Made by a program: the position numbers and the translations under genes. A stretch of DNA of 57,096 nucleotides, the filler included, from Circinaria calcarea (lineage: Eukaryota), in assembly GCA_051942165.1 (NCBI GenBank). It is 6 parts of 6 records of this genome, joined end to end, with 100 filler letters (N's around TTAATTAATTAA, not from the genome) between each part and the next. Parts side by side here need not be neighbours in the genome. Positions count along the whole stretch, not along the records: positions 47,675 to 57,096 come from JAVECS010000938.1; 5 more parts are not named here. One strand, given 5' to 3'. Under the pieces are notes generated by a model that had not been told where the DNA came from, did no database searches, and saw nothing but the letters and a program-made list of their open reading frames with translations. Numbering within the stretch: position 1 is the first letter of the stretch; each line of letters opens with the position of its first letter. Positions 48,303 through 57,096 of the stretch are shown in pieces.

Positions 48303-50485
48303 TCATTGCGAATTGTGCTTGAAAATCTCATCGCCTCGAGAAGTAAAAAGATATATGGTCACAACCACAGTGAGCGTGATACCCAAGCAAACTCCACCAA
48401 TGGACGCTTGTCTACTCACTTGAAGGACCTGGGCATCGGTTGCAAACAGTATGACCCACCCCGTTCTCCCCCCGTTCGCGTTACACCAACAAGTCTCAAA
48501 TGCTCCGGTGAATGGAATGACTGACTCGGTGATGACCCACAAGGCACTAGCAACCGCAATGCTTTTGCCAACAAGTCGGCTGAGAACGGCGAGTGGCCCC
48601 AGTCTAGATCGTTGACGTAGACTCCCACTCTCTTTCATGCATGACCATCTATGGGAAAGATGGGCCGATAGAACAAGTATCAGCCAGGCCGAAGTGGCGG
48701 CTAACCCGTAGATTAGATGGCTGCCAGCATAGCAACCAATGCCAACAATCGGAGTAATAGAGAATGAGTCAATAGTCGCTCAGATAGAGTACAGGGTAGT
48801 AGGTACCTGTAAGCGACGAGAAGAGCCGACCCTACAGAACCCCATTGGAGGATGATAGCCACAAACGCAGCAAGGATGCAATTCATCACCGGAAGTGGTA
48901 GCTGACTCACATGAACAGGGATATCAGCCACATCTTTATAATCGGCCGAGATGTACTTTGACATCATCTCAGGTGATCCGTTAAGATTCCGCTCCCATTG
49001 ATCTTGTGCCGAGTTCCAGCGTCCCCGATTCACAGTCTGTTTCCTTCGTTGCCTCTCCCTCACCAAAGCAAAGGCCGTAACGACATGATTGACAGCATTC
49101 ATGTGACTCCAAAATCGGGCGTAGTTGTATATCGGACCAGGCTGGAGATCAGCCCCCGTTATAGGGAAGCCGAGAAAGGTATGTGAACAGGAGTTGAAGT
49201 GTTCCCTCTCCTCAAGTAAGGTTTGTGGTTGTTGTTCCACGTCCGGAATGGTGTTTGTAGTTTTTGGACGGCCATTGATATATTCCACTAGTTCAATATC
49301 TCTTAGGCATCCTAATTGATCCGGCGACTCATCGCAGGGTTCGAAAGATGAAAATGTACGTAGTGGCTGCGAGTTTAGGTCTATTGGGTTCGTTTTTGGA
49401 TTTATGGCCACTCTTACTGGGTCCTCAACAGCTGAGCCTGATAGGAGTCTTTGTGATTCTGTAGTCATCCCATCCTGGATGTGTTCCTGCTTGTAGGGAT
49501 CATCAGAGCCGAAAAAGGTAGCCAATCTTATACGCGGATTATTATAAATTGTTCGATCTCGTATTCCAATACACTCGCCGTGGATATTTGGTACGGAAAC
49601 AGAGGTAAGGGCGGCTTTGATTGATCCTGCGGAACACTGTGTTCCAACATAGACCCATCCAAGAACCACTGGGATCATCCAGATCCAAAGACAATTGATA
49701 GCAAGGGCGTTGCTAATCACGGTATTATCCACTGCTGAGGTGAAGAAGGCGACAATCGCCCAAAACTGTGAAAGACAGACCCATGCAACTTGTATATACA
49801 GGGAGTATGTCCACTTCCGTTTTGTTTTCCGTATCTCCTTTTGTAAATTACACCACCAGGCCCAGTTACCGGGGTCCACAATAAGTTGAGCTATTTCTCT
49901 GTTTGGACCATTGTACACCTGAATCGGAACATGCTGGCTCTCAATGAGGATGGCACGAGCAGCCTTGATGACTTTGGCCTGCTGCGGATGAATGTCTGAG
50001 GTGTTGTTCTCTCTGATCTGTCGGAATTCCCGGTTAATCGACCTGGAGTTTAGAATCGTAAGGGCTAGCGAGTACACGACAAGTGCTGGACTGCCCACCG
50101 CAAGCAAGAGTGCCATGAAGTTACCCTGCCTGTCTTTGGTTTCGAATGGTAACTGAGCGGTCAGGGCAAGCCAGGGTAAAAGCCATTGTGAAAGGCCTTG
50201 GGAGAAGAAACTCCAATCGAATGAGCTGGGACCGTCGAGAGATCCACAGAGAGTATTACAAGCCTCGTAAGATATTCCCCAGGCCTGGGACTGATTGGTA
50301 GTAGGAACCCCATCCTGGTCGAGGAGAGTCGTGCTGTTGGTAACATCTGCGACAGATGCACATTGGTTACTAACGAGCGGAGTTGCCTGGACTGCTACAA
50401 TAGCATGGAATAGCCATATCCAGAATATGTGAATGCGACTGGATCCCGACAAAAGATGACCCATTAGGCTAACGCAAATGGGCAT
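48303..50485 (-). CDS. Fungal multi-pass membrane protein of unknown function; one intron near 48750-48806; start codon uncertain
   Basis: QWLLPWLALTAQLPF..LLAVGSPALVVYSLALT and several TM segments. A last exon reading IGIGCYAGSHLIYGLAATSAW.. joins ORF 48303-48638. Confidence 0.7.
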
Positions 50486-53021
50486 ACAAGTTGGTTGCTC
50501 GTCTTGAATGAAATAGGCCAGGCAATAAGGCACTCAATCTTCGTCACAAAAAACCTCACACACAGGATGCCGAAGATCATATTTCTACGATGCATTGATA
50601 TGATCATTGAAAGGAAACGTGGAAAGTCTGCCTTGTCCACCTGAGCCATCCGCATAGGGAGGAAACCGAGGCGGACAAGGTTGAAAGCCTTGTCTTCAAG
50701 CTGTAAGATACGGATATAGCACGACGAGGCATAGGTATATAAATTTAGTGGACGTTCCAGAAGAGCCCCCGGAGACAAGAGAACCAAGCAAATCACAAGG
50801 CGGGAGGCGAAGACCTCCTTGCATGAGGCGTTGACCATCGAGGCAGATTTTGATCGATGGAGAAGAGGGCCAGGGGCCCAGTCATAAAATTGCGGAACGC
50901 TGTAACCCAACGATCTCCGGAAACCTTATAGCAGATAATTGACTCCAAAAAAAAGGCTCGTAGATAAGTATCCGGGTGGAGTGGCAAAAGTTCTCGGACG
51001 TCTTCATCCCCGGGTAGTCGAGCACAATTCACCCACCGCCCACCACAGCCAAATAACAATAGATGGTAGATAGTGAGCTCCCACCACCATCACACTCAGA
51101 TGCTCGAGGAAATTCCTCAAAGCCCTCCAACTTAACAGCAACTCGCCCATCTTTCTCCCTCATAGATAATAAGAAATCGCACATCCTCGCTTTGCCCTCG
51201 CCCACGCCCTGCCTCTCCCATATCCCCCACTCGTTAGTTTCCTTTCCATGTAAGGCTATTTCAAGGCCGGGTCGTAGCCCGCATTTCTTACTGTAGGAAG
51301 GGCGAAGGGGATCGTGTGGGGCAAAACCAGAGCAGGAGAGGTTGTGGTGTAATAGATATACCAATTCATCACATTGGCATATCAACGCGAGGCAAGCGGT
51401 ACAGGTAGTTGTGGAGGACAGCCGTGTAACCAGCAACGTCGACACACACTGAATCAATAGTAATAATGATGGGTATCGTGGTTACTACGAACTATAAAAT
51501 GTTGCTACCTATGCTGATATGCTATTCCTGCTTTCTCAAAGCCAGAATCTCCAAGACCAAAACCCATCACAGCGGTGATCCATGCCATCATCCCTAATAT
51601 CTCCGTATGTTCTGGACCTGTCAGACCTCCATCATCGCCCACCCGCCCTCGACCGACCGAAGCCAGACGCCAAGAGACGGGTCGAGATCATCACCACTCT
51701 CTGCCCTCCGAAGAGAACCCTTTGCAGGACGAGAGTACAAGGTATCACTCTAGGGCATCGAGGACACATAGTCATCAGCCAGGTTGGAGATTCTGTGGCT
51801 CTGGTAAGGAGCTCAGAAGAGGACGTTTACTATAGAATAGATTCTCTGACTGTGGTGTTGAAGATAAAAGGTCAGCAATCTCTCGTTTCCACAGAAGGTG
51901 TTGTGTGATGGTAGGAATATAGTGGTGACAATGAAGAGCAGTGACGACAAATGCAGGATAAGAGCGTGTAATAGTGGTGGTGGAATTTAGGGGTGGGTTA
52001 CTCACAGTAAAGTCGACTGAAGAAAAAGAAAAGAAGAGAAGGAGAATTTTGGTGCGAATATATACCCATCAGAAACTTCGCTTCACTAGCGTGGAAAGGG
52101 TGATCCCGGAGAATAGCTAACCGGGAATGGCAAATTCCTACGTCGCCACTCTCTTAAGCGATCGCCGGGTAAGTTGAGGTGCGAGTGAGCAGTAAAAGCA
52201 TTGGCAAAATGCGTGCAGGGAGTTTCCCATTCAGATAAGCCTTTGTTGTGTAGTAGCCCATTTCTACTGTGTCCTCAGACCAATGGTCATTCTATTTGGA
52301 GCAAGGCCAACGTACCATGGACATAGTACTTACCCAAGTTACTCCCCCGTTTAAGGCTCGGACAAACTCCCCTACCCATCGAGCATTGAATAATTCTGAC
52401 TACCGCTTTATAAAGCATATGGATTAGTACTGGGTCAAGTCTACACGATACTTGGCTATTCGTGGATGAGGCTCTGTACCACAAGCTACGTCACGGGAAG
52501 GCAAACACATATTGCCGCGTTCGCTTTTTGGTATTTCTGTAGGTGAAAGGTCGGGAGCAAACGATACAGAAATCATGTTGTCTGTTTAGATGTTTCTATG
52601 TACACACATGGGACGCCCGAGCCTGTAGTAGTACTCCATTTCTGCACGCCTTGTAGCATGTAGACAGCATTGCAGTAGTGGTATCATAGCGCATCCAGAA
52701 TAGACAGCCACAACACCATAAGACAAGCCTTTTCAACGAAATTCTGCAGGTCCATCTAACAACGTGTCGATTATGTCCATCACCGACGTGACCGGATATG
52801 GAACAGAGCAGAAGCCTGACTGAGTTGGTAGGAGCGTCTCCGGATAAAACAAGCAAGGCATACATCTTATCGAAGGGCCGAGGCAACAAGCTGCTTGAGT
52901 AAGGAAAATAAGGCATGCATGAACATTTGCAAGCAGAGTGAAATGCTCAAGGACATCCGAGTAACTTTCAAGGTTATGAGAATAACCTTTACTCAGGCAT
53001 TCACGGCCAAGATTTTGCAGT

Positions 53022-55965
53022 TCAAATATCTGCAGCCTCCAAGCCGGCAGCCTGAGCAGCTTTAAGTGCGTCCGCGATAACAATGTGCCTGTTAAACTCG
53101 ATTTGTGCTGCAATTGGATCGTCCCTACCAGCGCCCATTGATGGTTGAGCAGGAAGACGAGCCATAAGGTGCTCTTCGGCAGTCATTGGTGGTGGAACTG
53201 TCATCCGCGATTGCAAAGCCATGGGAAAGTTTCGATTCCCTAAAGTAGGTTCGTTAGCCAAGCGTGATGGCGTCGCTTGATGCCCTCGGATGGATGGCGT
53301 TGGCCTCTGCTGTTTGCTCAGATTCGTACCATCAATCCGGTTTTCCGCTACTGCACGAGAAGTGCCGGGTTTGACCACATTCGCAAGTCCGTTAACCATA
53401 TTAGTGGAGACTTCAGCAGCTGTTCCATTCCCATTTCGCACACTACCCTCGCCTAGGGAAACTGCTCCCTCCGCATTCTCTAGATTCCCAGACTCTTCAC
53501 TACCACCCTCCTTTTTCCCTTCCTCGTTCTTCGCCGCCTGCGCCGGTGCTCTAGTTTTCAATTCGCCGGTTACAAACTGTAAGTAATACGGGACCTCGAT
53601 ACCGCTCTTGAGGAAGAAGAGTTTCAAATTACGCGCTTTATCTTTGAGCTGTACCTGGTTTCTGTCTTTGAGCGATTCATCAATTGAACCCCCAGCACCA
53701 TACATAGCCAGGATTTGCGACCAGTGCGGTCCTTTGACGCGATCAAGGCCTGCCATCAAAGAGTTCTCTTCTTCAGTCGACCAAGGACGACGCTGGGAAG
53801 GAGTTCCTGCGCGACGGTTTGTAGGTGACGCTTTAGCTGTTGCAGCCAGGCGAGCACGCTCATAGAGTACCCGTGTTGGTTGCGTCTGGGTAGGGTACGG
53901 GATACCATTCTGCTCCGAAAACCCGGAAGGGTGCTGAATCATATGTGGATGACCGTTCATCTGAGGCTGACCGTTCAGGGGATGCCAGTATCCCTGGGGA
54001 GGGATGTGCAAGAACTGTCCTTGTTGATGCTCGAAGTGATATTGAGGCTGTGGCGCTTGTGGGTGGGAATGAGGAAACTGTTGCTGTAAGAATTGATGTT
54101 GCGGGTGCGGTATAGGCTGTCCGTTGTGTATACCATATCCTTGCGTTTGGATGGCAGTCTGGGCTGCGTGTGCTGCTTTTCGTGCAAAGTCATCTGTGCT
54201 TGACGGTAACAACTGCCCATTAGGATTTGCGTAGGGAGATTGCCATTGGTGCTGCTGAAGATGGTGTTGCCCTGGTTGGCTTGGACGATGTTGCTGATCC
54301 ATGGGCGGCTGCATATGCTGTGGCGACGGTTGCGCTGGAGATTGGGAGGCGGCATCAACACCGTTGAGTTGGCAATCTCGGTTAACCTTTCAATCATCAG
54401 CATGGTCGTGACAGCCACAACACTTGTGAATCGAAAGCATCCTTACAGTCCCCTTCACAAGCAAGTCAAAGTGCCTGCTTACGTAACCACTAACGTTTCT
54501 TAAAAAGTCGTCCCAGGAGTACTTATCAGGCAGAGCCGCAACACCTTCTTCAGTATCCGGCTCTTCAAGAAGGCTTTTACGGCGATTATGCGCACGTTGC
54601 AAAAAGTCCACCTCACTTGGCGCAAGCTGCTTGGCGCCAGTCCGTCGACTTAGTAGTCGTTCTTCGAGGTCTGCAGGAAACAAATCTTCGAGCAGGTCGG
54701 CTCTCGACCATTTTCCGTTCGTCAACGCAGATATGTAAGCTTGAGTCTTCAAATCTAGAAAGAGTTGCGCTTGCGTCTTCAGTAGTCGGCTTCCATCGGC
54801 AACGAAAACGTCAAGAAAGTGCTCGTTGAGATGGTAAAAGCCAACTTCTTGACTTCCAAAAATACTCGACACAAAAGTTGCCATATTAGCCTTTCGTATG
54901 ATTTCAATTTGTGCAGGATCCCAAAACTCTAGTTTGAAGGGGTCCAGGAAAGGGTGTATCGAGTATACTTTCTTCGTGTGATCAAAGAGCGACTTCAAAC
55001 TGTCGAAGTTCTCCCCCTCCTTCGAGTCAGGCTGTGTGATCATGATGAGGATCTGCGAATGCGCAGTTTTTCCTAAGAGGGTTAACATTTGGCCGGCCTA
55101 TTCTCGCGTCAGCATGTCTACATGTACATAGGTTATAGATATCATAACTGTACCAGGTTGTCCAGGATTGGGAGACTTTGTTTCTTTAGGTCATAACTTG
55201 CTCCTGTCGAGTCCAAGCATTCGTTGTCCACGTTCTCCCATTCTTCATCACGTTCTCGAAGACTGTTGACATGTTCACCGTGATTGATGATGTTTTGTAT
55301 TGTCAAATTGATCGCAGGCGCAAGATAAGAGTTGATCGGGTCTTGCTGTTGACTGGGCACAACCGGAGTATTGGAGGGATGAGGTAGATGAACTAGTGGT
55401 CCAGATTCCGTAGCTGCTGCAGTAGATCGTAGACTCGAAATGGATGACCTTGGTGAAGATATCGTTGAATCTGAACGTCCCACACTTGTCTGGAGTTCGA
55501 GTGCGGGGGAAGAACTCTGTTGGGTACGAGTGGTACGAGAACGTTTTCGGTCCAGGGACGTTGTATTCTGAGCCTTTGAAGGCTCTGGAGACGGGTCGGT
55601 CCTATTTGCAGGCGATGACCCAGTCCGCCGCCTCTTGCGCAACCTTGAACCAATCGTACCATCTTGTTCGTCTTGTACGACCGTACTGGGTGTCTCTGTC
55701 GCTGCAAATTAGCCCGGGGCTTCGAGTCAGCCTTCGAGATCAGATCAAGACTTTGCGATTGGAAAAGGACGGCGACAGAAGTGATTGTATGGGATAGAGC
55801 ACATCCGCAATACCGTAAAGCAGGCATGTGTACTAAATGGCGACTCAAGATGAAGTGTGAAGTGGAGTATTTACCTGGTTTGGATGCTGGCTGGTCCGAA
55901 GCGGCTTTGCGAACGGTAATTCCTTGTGCTGCAGCAGCAGGCTGCTTACCGCGTGTGGTTACCAT
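53022..55965 (-). CDS. TBF1: Telomere-repeat binding factor Tbf1/Trf1 (TRF domain plus telobox Myb); ~4 exons
   Basis: [34 protein letters not shown] and [41 protein letters not shown]. Confidence 0.9.
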
Positions 55966-57096
55966 GACGATGATCCTTGGGTTTACGTGGAGTCGGTCGT
56001 CTCTGGGGATTGTGAGCTCGTCGTTGATGCTCACTCAGGATTCCTCCTCTACCAAAAACCCTGCCCTTAACCTAAGCCCTATTCTGGATCCCCGCTAACC
56101 CACTTTAAGAGCAAAGGCCTCGAATGGGTAGTTTCCCCGCCATCTGGAAGTATTCAATCCTTGTAGCAAATTAGGTGGTGACGATGGGATCTAAAGGATA
56201 CGGAAAGCTACAAGCCGTAGAATATATTAAATCTATCACTGGAAATTCATTAGTAAGGGTCATGTTCCAGAGTCTTTATTCGTCGTCTATTCTAAACATG
56301 TATGAGATTCTCGTCCAAGACAACGCGCAAGCGATGCTGAACCTTTGTCAAGCTTCAATGTTCGACAAACAAGGTTGGATTAGTGCCTGAAGGTTCCGGG
56401 CGAGAGATCAATCCTCTCACCGATAAACAAGTTTGGGCTTGCGAGATAATGATCATGATGTGCACGAAGGTATCCCTTGATTCTGTAGATCCCTTCCGAA
56501 CAGCATCTGTGGCAGCCTCAGGTTTCTTGCAGTGTAGAAGAGTCTCAACCATTGGTGCTGGGGCTACCACCCTACTTCGGGATCAAAAACCTTATCCACC
56601 TTCTTTTACATGTACATGACATGACCTATACTTAGCAATGTGACTTCATCGGAGCATTGGCTGGTCAATTACTACCTGATTGGTCAGAGAATTCTAACCC
56701 CGCCCTCCCTTCCTTCCTTGGCCTCCAGCTCCATAAGCCTGCAACAAGACTGTTAGCTCCAGGTAGAGGAATGGAATGCGCCACTGAACCGGAAACGCAT
56801 TGCGAAGAGACGCCATGGAGCTGGGAGACCTTATTCAATGCCTTGCTGCTACTGCTTACCTATTTTTTTCTACCTTTACTTCGACCACACTGCAGTTGAT
56901 CCGCCGGCATCTGAAGTACTCTGCCGTGGCCACCACATCTAAACAAAGATGCTGACTGTCAAGAATAGGGGTTCTACACTGCGTGGAGGAACTAGTATTC
57001 GGAGCGGTTGAACTATCCACCGAACGCACATATGGCAGAGCCTTCTGCCATGTAATTCCATAGTGAAGTCCATACACATAGAGTGGTAGTTACCAT

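Overview
Filamentous ascomycete (Pezizomycotina) genomic DNA. The window is not contiguous. It is six ~9.4 kb contigs (1-9445, 9546-18987, 19088-28526, 28627-38050, 38151-47574, ~47675-57096) joined by artificial N-TTAATTAATTAA-N linkers, so only within-contig adjacency means anything. Housekeeping genes: a PXA-domain protein, the 3' end of PP2A subunit A, Rrn5-like, Irc3 helicase, Bst1, CENP-X/Mhf2 and Tbf1. The stand-out is contig 4, a compact five-gene cluster: QDE-2-like Argonaute, AAA_28 (NadR-like) nucleotide-kinase-fold protein, viperin (RSAD2), a UMP/CMP-kinase-family gene head-to-head with viperin, and a CYTH triphosphatase, bounded by AT-rich RIP-like DNA. This is a candidate fungal antiviral island or ddh-nucleotide pathway. 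Other notable items: a divergent gene pair in which one partner carries copies of a conserved C2H2 array and an Snt1-type SANT domain; a secreted Kex2-processed repeat precursor with a (DFEER)14 acidic tract; a 780-bp non-coding element with three nested inverted repeats; and an 821-nt intron with clustered GCATG motifs. All family calls come from motif recognition by eye, with no database searches run.
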